Shown here: piece after piece, positions 27,452 to 36,097 of the stretch
Numbering within the stretch: position 1 is the stretch's first letter
Layout of the letters: each line of letters begins with the position of its first letter
Assembly (NCBI GenBank): GCA_025450575.1
Contig: JANWHE010000016.1
Location: 22,777 to 86,776, forward strand
Direction of reading: 5' to 3'
DNA length: 64,000 nucleotides
Source: Candidatus Saccharimonadales bacterium
Lineage (GTDB): Bacteria > Patescibacteriota > Saccharimonadia > Saccharimonadales > UBA10212
Notes under the pieces: model-generated
Databases searched by the model: none
Seen by the model: only the letters and a program-made list of their open reading frames with translations
Told to the model about the DNA's origin: nothing
Position numbers and translations under genes: made by a program

Positions 27452-27890
27452 CTAAAAGCCACCGGAGGGGGTGGGCACCGCCGGTGGCTATTACACCCTT
27501 CAACCCCACCGTGAGCGAAGCGTACGATGTCCGCGAATTAAGCGATACGATCGAGCCAATCCACCCAAAAGATGGAAAATCCAATCAAGGACTCGCCGAC
27601 CCACATTGATGGGTCCTACCGGGAAAAACCGATAGGGCTAGAGTTAAAGGGATTAGTTTGTTTAAGAGCTTTCCCTCACCACTTCCTGGCTTTTATAAAC
27701 ATGAGCAATTGTTTAAGCCCGCCGCGTCGTATTAGACTGGTTCTTAGGTGGGCTAAAAACCAAAAAGTGATGAGAGATCCCGGCCGGAAAGTGGAGGGTA
27801 CTACTTGAACCGGCCGGAGCTCTTAAACAATCTAACAAAATGTTAGAAATGGGGGTATAAGGTACAGCAAATCGATGATTCGACTTACAG
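27452..27890 (-). ncRNA. Candidate structured non-coding RNA of unknown class (about 440 nt)
   Basis: Bounded by the minus-strand promoter (27897-27925) and the minus-strand terminator (27457-27489 followed by UUUU). Contains an 11-bp long-range helix (27660-27670 with 27819-27829) and several local hairpins. No credible ORF. Confidence 0.4.
27457..27489 (-). terminator. Hairpin plus U-run terminator on the minus strand
   Basis: Minus strand reads AGCCACCGG-(15 nt)-CCGGTGGCT followed by TTTTAGGTTT. On the + strand no T-run follows. Confidence 0.55.
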
Positions 27891-27896
27891 CTTGCA

Positions 27897-27925
27897 ATTC
27901 TAGCAAAAAGGTGACTTAGTGTCAA
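27897..27925 (-). promoter_or_regulatory. Near-consensus sigma70 promoter on the minus strand (TTGACA-17-TAGAAT)
   Basis: Minus strand reads TTGACActaagtcacctttttgcTAGAAT, pointing away from dprA into the 520-bp gap. Confidence 0.55.
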
Positions 27926-27938
27926 TACTAGAAAACCT

Positions 27939-28376
27939 ATGAATGAAAATGTCAATACGCTTAAGGTTAGGGAGAAGGGCTTCCCGGGAATCTTACTCCA
28001 TATACCATCGCCGCCGGCGCGGCTTTACTGGCTGGGACAGCCCTTTGACAGCTGGCTAAACAAGCCTAAGCTGGCAGTGGTCGGCAGCCGCCGAATGACG
28101 GCCTACGGCCAGGGCATCACCCAGAAGCTGGTATCCAAACTGGCCAAGGCCGGCGTAGTTATTATCGGCGGACTGGCCTACGGGATCGATATCACGGCTC
28201 ACCGGGCAGCCCTGGAAGCCTTGATTATCGGACTGATGAAACAGGGCGTCACGGCCCAGGACCAGCTGGCGCTGACCGCCAAGCTGGACAGCCGGACGTT
28301 ATCCAGCGCCCTGATCATGCTAGAGCTCTCCGGGTACATCCGGCTGGCTGGCGGGGGCCACTGGATCCTGGCCTAG
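27939..28376 (+). CDS. dprA: DprA-like protein with large in-frame internal deletion (145 aa; likely non-functional remnant)
   Basis: The N-terminal Rossmann start KLAVVGSRRMTAYGQGITQKLVSKLAKAGVVIIGGLAYGIDITAHRAALEA joins directly to the C-terminal winged-helix segment ..LSSALIMLELSGYIRLAGGGHW. About 150-170 aa of the core are missing. Confidence 0.7.
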   Translation: MNENVNTLKVREKGFPGILLHIPSPPARLYWLGQPFDSWLNKPKLAVVGSRRMTAYGQGITQKLVSKLAKAGVVIIGGLAYGIDITAHRAALEALIIGLMKQGVTAQDQLALTAKLDSRTLSSALIMLELSGYIRLAGGGHWILA

Positions 28377-28473
28377 CCGGGCCGGCTTGCCAAAATTTTT
28401 TATTGCCTGTAGCCTAATCGCTTAGTATTTGCATATAAAACATATGCCCGTTAATCTAAAGGAACACGTTAAG

Positions 28474-30777
28474 ATGGCAAAAAATCTGGTTATAGTAGAG
28501 AGTCCCGCCAAAGCCAAGACCATTGGCGGCTTTTTAGGTGACGACTATCAGATCATGAGCAGTTTCGGCCATATCCGTGATCTGCCGAAGAAAGGTATCG
28601 GCGTCGACGTCAAAAAACATTTTGAGCCGACCTACGAAGTCAGTCCTGACAAACAAAAAGTAGCCAGCGAATTAAAAAAAGCCGCCAAAGGCAAGACCGT
28701 CTGGCTGGCCAGCGACGAGGACCGCGAAGGCGAGGCCATCGCCTGGCATATCACGAACGTTTTAGGCCTGGATCCCCAAAGGACTAAGCGCATCGTCTTC
28801 CACGAGATAACCAAACCGGCTATCACCGCGGCCATCGACAAACCGCGGACCATCGATATGAAGCTGGTCGACTCGCAGCAGGCGCGGCGCATCCTGGACC
28901 GGCTGGTCGGTTACGAGTTAAGCCCGGTACTCTGGAAAAAAGTCCGCACCGGTTTATCGGCCGGTCGCGTCCAAAGCGTCGCTGTCAGGCTGATAGTCGA
29001 GCGCGAGCGTCAGATCAAAGACCATTTATCAGAGAGCAGTTATAAAGTCACGGGCGTCTTTGACGCCAAGGGCCAGGAGTTAAGCGCCGAATTATCGCGA
29101 AGGTTGACCGACGATAAAGTTTCCAAGGAGTTCCTCGAAGCTCTTAAGGGCGCCGAATTTACTGTTAAGGCGGTCGACCGGAAGCCCGGCAGCCGCAGCC
29201 CCGGGCCGCCGTTCACTACCAGTACTCTGCAGCAGGAAGCCGCCCGGCGGCTGGGCTTTTCGGTCCGTCAGACCATGACATTGGCCCAGCGATTGTATGA
29301 GAGCGGCCATATCACCTATATGCGTACGGACAGCATGAATTTATCGCCGCTAGCTATCAACGCCGCCGCGAAGTATATAAAGTCCGAGTACGGAGAGAAG
29401 TACGTCAAGACCCGGCAGTTCAAGACAAAGTCCGCCGGCGCCCAAGAAGCCCACGAGGCCATTCGCCCGACCAACCCCTCCAAGGCCAGCGCCGGCGCCG
29501 ACGCCAGCCAAAAGAAGCTTTACGAGCTCATCCGGCGGCGGATGTTGGCCAGCCAGATGGCGCCGGCCCAGATTCAAAAGACGGAAGTGGTAATTGACAT
29601 AAGCGGGCGTTCGGAAGATTTTTTGGCTAGCGGCGAAGTTTTGCTCTTCGACGGCTTTCTGAAGGCTTACGGCGGCGGCAAAGAAGACAAGATCCTGCCA
29701 CCGGTAGCAGTAAGTGATACGTTAAAGTTAAGTTCGGCCGCCGCGCTTCAGACTTTCAGCCGGCCGGCGGCCCGCTACTCGGAAGCCAGCCTGGTGCGCA
29801 AGCTAGAGGAGCTGGGAATCGGCCGGCCAAGCACTTACGCGCCGACCATCGGCACTATCCAGGACCGCGGCTATATCGAGAAAACCGATGTCCAGGGAGA
29901 AGAAAAACAGATCCGGGAGCTGACTTTGGTCAACGGCCAGGTCAGCGAAGGCGCTCAGACTATTACCGTCGGCGCTGACCGTAACAAGCTGTTGCCGACT
30001 CACTTGGCGGATATGGTCACCGATTTCCTGATGAAGTATTTCGGCAGCGTCATGGACTACGACTTCACGGCCCGCGCCGAAGAGGAGTTTGATGATATCG
30101 CCGCAGGCAAGACCGACTGGCGGGAAGCTTTAGAGCGTTTTTACGAACGTTTTCACCCCTTGGTCAAAAAATCAGAGGCCGCCGATCGCTCGGAAGCGGC
30201 CCAAGCCCGACAGCTAGGCCAAGACCCCAAGACCGGCCGCTTAATCTACGTCCGCTATGGCCGCTACGGACCGGTGCTGCAGCTGGGCGAGGCCGGCGAA
30301 GACGTCGCCAAAGACGCGCCGAAACCGGTCTTCGCGCCGCTGCCCGAGGGCGTGGACATGGATGAGGTAACCTTGGAGCAGGCCTTGCCGATGTTCAAAC
30401 TGCCCAGAACAGTAGGGAAAACCGAAGACGGCAAGGATATAACCGCCAATATCGGCCGATTCGGTCCCTACGTCCAAGCCGAAAAGCTATTCGTCAGTAT
30501 CAAAGGCCGGGATCCGATGGCGATATCCGAAGAAGAGGCCCGCGGACTTATCGCCGAGAAGCGTGAAAAAGAGCGGCAGCGCCTGATAGCCGACTTCGGT
30601 AAAATCAAAGTCTTAAATGGTCCTTACGGCCCCTATGTGACGGATGGCAAGACCAACGCCAAGATCCCAAAAGACGTAAAACCTGATTCCATAACCGCAG
30701 AAGCTGCCAAAAAAATGCTGGCCGACGCTCCTAAACGGCCCAAAAGGCGTTTCCGCCGTCCCGCCCAGACCAAGTAG
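28474..30777 (+). CDS. topA: DNA topoisomerase I (type IA) with Zn-finger-less repeat-type, Lys-rich C-terminus
   Basis: MAKNLVIVESPAKAKTI Toprim start, DEDREGEAI, the ITYMRTDS active-site Tyr region, and C-terminal GRFGPYV / GPYGPYV repeats. A start at ATG 28474 is preferred (AAGGA upstream). Confidence 0.92.
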   Translation: MAKNLVIVESPAKAKTIGGFLGDDYQIMSSFGHIRDLPKKGIGVDVKKHFEPTYEVSPDKQKVASELKKAAKGKTVWLASDEDREGEAIAWHITNVLGLDPQRTKRIVFHEITKPAITAAIDKPRTIDMKLVDSQQARRILDRLVGYELSPVLWKKVRTGLSAGRVQSVAVRLIVERERQIKDHLSESSYKVTGVFDAKGQELSAELSRRLTDDKVSKEFLEALKGAEFTVKAVDRKPGSRSPGPPFTTSTLQQEAARRLGFSVRQTMTLAQRLYESGHITYMRTDSMNLSPLAINAAAKYIKSEYGEKYVKTRQFKTKSAGAQEAHEAIRPTNPSKASAGADASQKKLYELIRRRMLASQMAPAQIQKTEVVIDISGRSEDFLASGEVLLFDGFLKAYGGGKEDKILPPVAVSDTLKLSSAAALQTFSRPAARYSEASLVRKLEELGIGRPSTYAPTIGTIQDRGYIEKTDVQGEEKQIRELTLVNGQVSEGAQTITVGADRNKLLPTHLADMVTDFLMKYFGSVMDYDFTARAEEEFDDIAAGKTDWREALERFYERFHPLVKKSEAADRSEAAQARQLGQDPKTGRLIYVRYGRYGPVLQLGEAGEDVAKDAPKPVFAPLPEGVDMDEVTLEQALPMFKLPRTVGKTEDGKDITANIGRFGPYVQAEKLFVSIKGRDPMAISEEEARGLIAEKREKERQRLIADFGKIKVLNGPYGPYVTDGKTNAKIPKDVKPDSITAEAAKKMLADAPKRPKRRFRRPAQTK

Positions 30778-30795
30778 CATCTCACAAATTGGCGG

Positions 30796-30804
30796 TTATC
30801 CACA
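30796..30804 (+). promoter_or_regulatory. Perfect DnaA-box consensus (TTATCCACA)
   Basis: Exact 9-mer in the AT-rich gap after topA, about 90 nt upstream of the consensus promoter. Confidence 0.4.
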
Positions 30805-30890
30805 TTTATTGTAATGTAGTAAAACAAACATAAACGTATTCGTGCGTAAAGGTCTAATTCGTGATACAATAAACATATCTCAAATAGTGT

Positions 30891-30919
30891 TTGACATTTA
30901 AAAACTAAAGTTTTATAAT
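30891..30919 (+). promoter_or_regulatory. Full-consensus sigma70 promoter (TTGACA-17-TATAAT)
   Basis: TTGACA at 30891-30896 and TATAAT at 30914-30919 with a 17-nt spacer, 45 nt upstream of the ATG at 30964. Confidence 0.65.
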
Positions 30920-30963
30920 TAACTTAAAGCGCAATTGTAAGATACGCATTCAACAGAGGTCAA

Positions 30964-32007
30964 ATGGAAGAAGAGACTCCAAAAATCAATTCGCAACTGA
31001 ATGTCGAGAGTGTCGTAAAGGACATCCTTGAGACCATTGAGCGCGAAAGGGAGCGCGAAATTATCTCGCGCCGTTTCGGCCTGTTTGACCGCCGTGAAAC
31101 GCTGGAGCAAATCGGCGAACTCCTGGGAATCACTCGCGAGCGTGTCCGCCAGCTGGAAAAAGCCGTTATCACTCGTTTGAAAATGGCCGCCGAACGCGAT
31201 CTGCCGCACATCAAGGATGTGGAACGCACCCTGGGCGAGCATCTGGGCGACATGGGGAAAGTCGCCCGCGTCAGTGACATTACCGCCCGCCTGACCAAAA
31301 CCAATAGCAAGACCGACCAAGCTCGCGTAGCTTTCCTGGCTAATCTGAGCCCCGGCATCGCCGTAATAGACGATAATGACCACTTTTTCCACTCAATCGG
31401 CTTGGCCGCCGAGCACAGCGAAAAGAATATCCGCGACCACGTCGGTAAGATTATCGAAGCTATCAGCGCCATCGGCGAACCGACCGACATCAAGACGGTC
31501 GCCGATAAGGTGGGCAACAACGACGTCAAACATACCGAGGCGCTAGCCGGCATTTCCAAGAATATCGCCACCCTAAATGGCCGCTGGGGCCTGGTTAAAT
31601 GGCCGATGGTCAACCCTAAGAATATCCGCGACAAAATTTACGTCATTCTCCATGATAATAAGAAGCCGATGCATTTCAACGAGATTTCCGAGGCTATCAA
31701 AAGCAGCAACCTGCGGCGCAAAGACGTCACTACCCAAGCTATTCATAACGAGTTGATCAAAGATCAGCGCTTCGTGCTGATCGGCCGGGGCATCTATGCT
31801 CTCAAAGAGTGGGGTTATAAGAAGGGTACTGTCGCCGATGTCATCGCCGAAGTCCTGCGCAAAGAAAACGGCCCGCTGCACCGCGATGAAATCGTCCGCC
31901 GGGTCTTAAAAAGCCGCCAGGTCAAAGAAACCACCATCCTCCTCAACCTCCAGGGTAAACCCCAGTTCAAGAGAGTCGCTAAGGCGACTTACGCTTTGGC
32001 CGAATAA
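30964..32007 (+). CDS. Sigma-70 region-4-like HTH protein with C-terminal HARE-HTH-like winged-helix modules
   Basis: REIISRRFGLFDRRETLEQIGELLGITRERVRQLEKAVITRLK is a sigma region 4.2 HTH. MHFNEISEAIKSS..LIKDQRFVLIGRGIYALKEW is HARE-HTH-like. No regions 2 or 3. Confidence 0.6.
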   Translation: MEEETPKINSQLNVESVVKDILETIEREREREIISRRFGLFDRRETLEQIGELLGITRERVRQLEKAVITRLKMAAERDLPHIKDVERTLGEHLGDMGKVARVSDITARLTKTNSKTDQARVAFLANLSPGIAVIDDNDHFFHSIGLAAEHSEKNIRDHVGKIIEAISAIGEPTDIKTVADKVGNNDVKHTEALAGISKNIATLNGRWGLVKWPMVNPKNIRDKIYVILHDNKKPMHFNEISEAIKSSNLRRKDVTTQAIHNELIKDQRFVLIGRGIYALKEWGYKKGTVADVIAEVLRKENGPLHRDEIVRRVLKSRQVKETTILLNLQGKPQFKRVAKATYALAE

Positions 32008-32082
32008 GCCCTTCTTTTTACACCAATAGATAATCATGAGTTCTTGCAGAGGGGTTATCGGCGTATAATATAGGTAACGCTT

Positions 32083-34707
32083 ATGGGATTGTTTATAAAT
32101 TCGAACAAAAAGGTCGAGGCGGCTCATGACCACACGCTGCTGATGCTGGAGATTCCCCGGACCAACGATAAGAAAGAGCTTTCAGCCGAGCAGATGCTGG
32201 CTTCGCTGCACGGCATTCTGCGCACCAAACGCGAACTTAAATTATCCGGCACTTTACAGGAACATGTCAGCCTGGAAGTCGCGGCTATCGGCCAGCGTAT
32301 CCGTTTTTATATCTGGACACCTAAGCACCTGCAGGCCTTCGTGGAGGGCCAGGTTTACGCCCAATATCCTACGGTCCAGATCTTTGAGCAAGAGGAAGAT
32401 TACGCCGACCGGCGCATGAACCAGACCGTTATCCATACTACCGAGCTTAGTCTGACAGCCGACGAGACTATTCCTATCAAGACTTTTCCCAGTTTCGAAG
32501 TTGACCCGCTGGCGGCTATCACCGCCACTTTAGCCAAACTTGATAAAGAAGATGAGGAGATGTGGATCCAGATAATGGCCCGGCCGGTGCACGACGATTG
32601 GCATCGCAGAGGCTCCCGAATGGTCGCCAAAATCAAGCGGGGCGGGGGACTGTTCGGCGATGGCAGCGGCCGGCTGATGGGCTATACCGCCGAAGCTTTC
32701 GCCGCACTTATCAGGCCGCCGCAGGGCGGTGGCGAATCCAAGGAGCCAGTATTATCCGAGCGCGATAAATCACGCATCACCGCCATCCAAGAAAAAAGCA
32801 ACAAGCTGGGATATCAGGTTAAGATCCGTCTGCTTTACGCCGGCCACGACCAGCACACCGCCAGACTGCGGATGCAGGCGTTGGTTGGCGCCTTCAAACA
32901 ATATAACACTACCAACTTGAATGGCTTTGCCTCTAAGGCTCCAAGCTTCAACCGCGACAAACAGCTAGAGTACCAGACCCGGTTCTTCATAGACCATGGC
33001 TATATATTGAATATCGAAGAGCTGGCCAGCCTGTTCCACTTGCCGCATACTTCTGTGGAAACGCCTAATATCGTCTGGGCTACTACCAAGACGGCCGAGC
33101 CGCCGCCCAACGTGCCCATCCAGCTGCCCGGCAACGAGAAAGACATCAGCCTGCTGGGAGTCACTAATTTCAGGGGGACCAACACTATCTTCGGCCTGTT
33201 CCGGGAAGACCGCGGCCGGCATGTCTACATCTTGGGACAGACCGGCACTGGTAAATCGGGCGCCCTGGAGCTTCTGACTCTCTCCGATATCTACTACGAT
33301 CAGGGGTTCGCGGTCATCGACCCCCACGGAGACTATGCCCAGCATGTGTTGTCTTTTATACCACAACACCGGCTGGACGACGTGGTTTACTTCAACCCGG
33401 CCGACACGGCTTATCCGATCGGCTTCAATCCGCTGGAAATCAACGATCCAAGCCTGAAAGGGCACATTAGCTCCGAGCTGGTAGGTGTTTTAAAGAGGCT
33501 GTTCGCCGAAAGCTGGGGACCTAGGCTGGAATACATCTTGCGCTACAGCCTGCTGGCGCTACTAGACTACCCGAATTCCACGATGCTGGACATTACCCGC
33601 CTGCTGACGGATAAGAAATTCCGGCAGAGTGTCATAACTTATATCGACGATCCGGTCGTCAAGAATTTCTGGGTGACGGAATTCGCCAGCTGGAACGATA
33701 AGTTCGCTTCCGAGGCCGTGGCGCCGGTTTTAAATAAGGTAGGCGCCTTTACCGCCAACCCGATGATCAGAAATATCATCGGCCAGCCCAAAAGTACCTT
33801 CAACCTGCGGCGAATCATGGACGATGGCAAGATACTGATCGTCAATCTCAGTCGCGGCCTGATGGGCGAGGACAACGCCGGTATCTTAGGCGCCATGATG
33901 GTCACAAAAATCCAGCTGGCGGCCATGGGACGGGCTGACATGCCCCAAAGCGAACGCCGGCCGTTCTACCTTTACGTTGATGAGTTCCAGAATTTCGCGA
34001 CTGATTCGTTCGCCACTATTTTGAGCGAGGCCCGCAAATACGGCCTTAATTTGACTGTCGCCAACCAGTATATCGCCCAGATGAGCGAGGAAGTCCGCAG
34101 CGCCGTGTTTGGCAACGTAGGTACGATCGTATGTTTTAGGATAAGTCCCGACGACTCGCCATTCTTGCAAAAGTATTTCGAGCCCCAATTCGAGGCCGGC
34201 GACCTGATCCAGCAGCATTCGCGATTTTTCGTGACTTCCATGATGATCAGCGACGAAAAAGCGCCAGCTTTCTCGGCCAAAACCCTCAATCTGCCGGTAC
34301 CCGGCGATGACCTGACTAGCCGGATAGTGACGCTATCGCGGGAACGTTACGCCCAGGACCGTTCAGTCGTCGAGGAGGTCGTCCGTAAGAACTCCGGCTT
34401 GGCGATGGACAATGCTCCGCAAGCTAGCCAGCCGGTCAAGCCGCGAGCCCAGGCTCAACTCAGCCATATCGACCAGATTGAAACTCAAACCGCCCAGAAC
34501 GAGGACATCAAAAAGGCTATGGGCTCCAATATATTGCAGGCTTTGACATCACGCCAAAGTAGCACGGACTCCGAGGAGACACCTAAGAAACGGCGGCGCG
34601 GCAAGCGTGGCGGCAAGAAGAATCGCCGGGGCAACGATAGCGGCCAGCCAGCAGTCATCTCGCCGACCGGGCCCCAGCCCGACGATCAAGTCCTCCGGCT
34701 GCGATAG
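32083..34707 (+). CDS. TraD/VirD4-like (type IV coupling protein family) P-loop ATPase with large N-terminal domain and basic C-terminal tail
   Basis: Walker A YILGQTGTGKSG and Walker B FYLYVDEFQNFAT, followed by ARKYGLNLTVANQ. No TM helices. Tail is KKRRRGKRGGKKNRRG. Confidence 0.65.
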   Translation: MGLFINSNKKVEAAHDHTLLMLEIPRTNDKKELSAEQMLASLHGILRTKRELKLSGTLQEHVSLEVAAIGQRIRFYIWTPKHLQAFVEGQVYAQYPTVQIFEQEEDYADRRMNQTVIHTTELSLTADETIPIKTFPSFEVDPLAAITATLAKLDKEDEEMWIQIMARPVHDDWHRRGSRMVAKIKRGGGLFGDGSGRLMGYTAEAFAALIRPPQGGGESKEPVLSERDKSRITAIQEKSNKLGYQVKIRLLYAGHDQHTARLRMQALVGAFKQYNTTNLNGFASKAPSFNRDKQLEYQTRFFIDHGYILNIEELASLFHLPHTSVETPNIVWATTKTAEPPPNVPIQLPGNEKDISLLGVTNFRGTNTIFGLFREDRGRHVYILGQTGTGKSGALELLTLSDIYYDQGFAVIDPHGDYAQHVLSFIPQHRLDDVVYFNPADTAYPIGFNPLEINDPSLKGHISSELVGVLKRLFAESWGPRLEYILRYSLLALLDYPNSTMLDITRLLTDKKFRQSVITYIDDPVVKNFWVTEFASWNDKFASEAVAPVLNKVGAFTANPMIRNIIGQPKSTFNLRRIMDDGKILIVNLSRGLMGEDNAGILGAMMVTKIQLAAMGRADMPQSERRPFYLYVDEFQNFATDSFATILSEARKYGLNLTVANQYIAQMSEEVRSAVFGNVGTIVCFRISPDDSPFLQKYFEPQFEAGDLIQQHSRFFVTSMMISDEKAPAFSAKTLNLPVPGDDLTSRIVTLSRERYAQDRSVVEEVVRKNSGLAMDNAPQASQPVKPRAQAQLSHIDQIETQTAQNEDIKKAMGSNILQALTSRQSSTDSEETPKKRRRGKRGGKKNRRGNDSGQPAVISPTGPQPDDQVLRLR

Positions 34708-34924
34708 GGCAGATGCCTGCCGAATCCCGTCCATATTCGATCACGTTCATATATAGAACATTTTACGAACACGATATTAGTACCGGACAGACAGAGCATA
34801 CGGCCACAAGCCAGAACCAGCCGCAGGGCAATGAGAGTGAAGATAGTTAAATAAAGTTAAATCAAAGATCAGAACCGAGAGCTGAGTGAGGCGCAGAGTA
34901 GAGCCATATCATCTCATACATATC

Positions 34925-34970
34925 ACGTCGCACAATGTATATTTTGCGACTTTGTATATTAGTATAAGAG
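34925..34970. other. dif-like candidate Xer-type recombination site(s)
   Basis: ACGTCGCACAA-TGTATA-TTTTGCGACTT: 9-bp inverted arms (8/9) around the TGTATA core found in E. coli dif. A second TGTATATT core lies 17 nt downstream. Confidence 0.3.
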
Positions 34971-35121
34971 ACGATAGCCAATACCTTTAATAACAGGGGC
35001 GTTTACAGTGCTTATCAAAAAACACTCATATTCTGCGCTGCTGGTCTATGTATTATTATGTTTATGTCGCGCTATTTATTAACCTGCACGCTCGTACGTC
35101 GCTTTTGTGAAAACTACATAG

Positions 35122-35130
35122 TTATCCACA
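35122..35130 (+). promoter_or_regulatory. Perfect DnaA-box consensus (TTATCCACA)
   Basis: Exact 9-mer within the AT-rich non-coding region. Confidence 0.35.
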
Positions 35131-35141
35131 GTTGATTTCAC

Positions 35142-35220
35142 ATATTTGACTTTTCATACTTTCGTATTCTTTTATAGTTTTTCCCCTGCCTTCCCTATTT
35201 TCAATTGATATTTGACTTTT
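35142..35220 (+). repeat. 13-bp direct repeat ATATTTGACTTTT (two copies)
   Basis: Copies at 35142-35154 and 35208-35220 in about 32 % GC sequence. Confidence 0.7.
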
Positions 35221-35331
35221 GGTAAAATACTGCCCTGCTATATGTTTTTCGTAATATAAGATTTAATTAGTATATGAACAAAATCCGAACACGAGGCAGG
35301 GTATCAGGCCGAAACGACTGGGCTCGCCGGA

Positions 35332-35520
35332 CTATTTCGGATGGTCAAAAAAGAGGCCAGCCCTGCTATAGCAGTCAGTATCGCGCATAGGATAAGGCTG
35401 AAGCGGTAAGTGTCCCCCGGCCAGACCTAGCAGAGCGATTACCACAAGACCGGCTAGCCGGGAGACGGCGTTGTTGATGCCGGAAGCGATACCTGAGCTT
35501 TCGCTCGATACCGAGGCCAT
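35332..35520 (-). pseudogene. Possible relic of an MFS (DHA2-type) transporter gene
   Basis: The 62-aa ORF contains SGIASGINNAVSRLAGLVVIALLG, resembling the ASG..N..R..GG..G motif of late MFS helices. The rest of the gene is absent. Confidence 0.3.
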
Positions 35521-35563
35521 AACGTAAACGTAGTATAATCTAATTCATTATCAAGCGGATAGT

Positions 35564-36088
35564 ATGGTCTATATAAGGGAATTTGACCGCCAGGCAACGG
35601 CCGCCGTCAGGCTTATGCCGGATAGTTGGCGGCCGCTGATGCAAAGTCTGACTTTCCTAGGCGGACCGCTAGTAGTCATAGCGGCCGGCATAGCCGGCTA
35701 TCTGGCAGCCGCCTGGCGCGGCCAGGCGGCCGATCAACGGGCGTTCATATACGCGCTGCTGGCTTTCGGAGCCGGTATAGCCTTGAAGCGTTTCATCCAC
35801 CGGAGCCGACCGGGCCATCTGGAAATCGAGAATTTCGGCTTAAAGAGCTATAGTTTTCCGAGCGGCCATGCTTTCGGCAGCGTCATATTTTATGGGTTGT
35901 TCGCGATTATCGATGCCCGGCATCTGCTCTTCCCTTGGGATTTCTTGTCATCGCTAGTAATATGGACTGTTATCATTTTAATCGGCGTTTCACGGGTCTA
36001 TCTTAAGTCGCATTACCCCAGTGACGTAATCGGCGGCTGGCTATTCGGGGCGGCGGCTCTGACTATAATCGTCCATATAACCCTTTAG
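35564..36088 (+). CDS. PAP2-family lipid phosphatase (undecaprenyl-diphosphatase-like)
   Basis: KRFIHRSRP, PSGH and SRVYLKSHYPSDV: the three PAP2 motifs. Confidence 0.85.
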   Translation: MVYIREFDRQATAAVRLMPDSWRPLMQSLTFLGGPLVVIAAGIAGYLAAAWRGQAADQRAFIYALLAFGAGIALKRFIHRSRPGHLEIENFGLKSYSFPSGHAFGSVIFYGLFAIIDARHLLFPWDFLSSLVIWTVIILIGVSRVYLKSHYPSDVIGGWLFGAAALTIIVHITL

Positions 36089-36097
36089 AAGGATGTC

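Noticed and set aside
27538-27606. 22-codon hydrophobic ORF inside the ncRNA candidate, read as a type I toxin.
   Set aside because: Its only support is an AGGA at plausible spacing plus hydrophobicity. It is too short to distinguish from chance, so it is mentioned only as an alternative reading of that locus.
27452-27890. Identification of the candidate ncRNA as RNase P RNA, tmRNA, SRP RNA or a group II intron domain.
   Set aside because: On either strand there is no GAGGAAAGUCC/ACAGAAnCCGGCUUA (RNase P), no tRNA-like acceptor/T-arm 3' end and no tag ORF (tmRNA), no GGAA-capped helix 8 with AGCAGC (SRP), and no domain V-like hairpin. The superficially similar strings GGGAAAGCUC and GAUUCGAC are in the wrong context.
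34708-35330. The AT-rich region as the chromosomal origin (oriC), because it contains a perfect DnaA box.
   Set aside because: Only one perfect box is present, with no clear cluster of near-consensus boxes. No dnaA or dnaN is nearby. The flanking genes converge on the region rather than diverge from it, which fits a terminus better.
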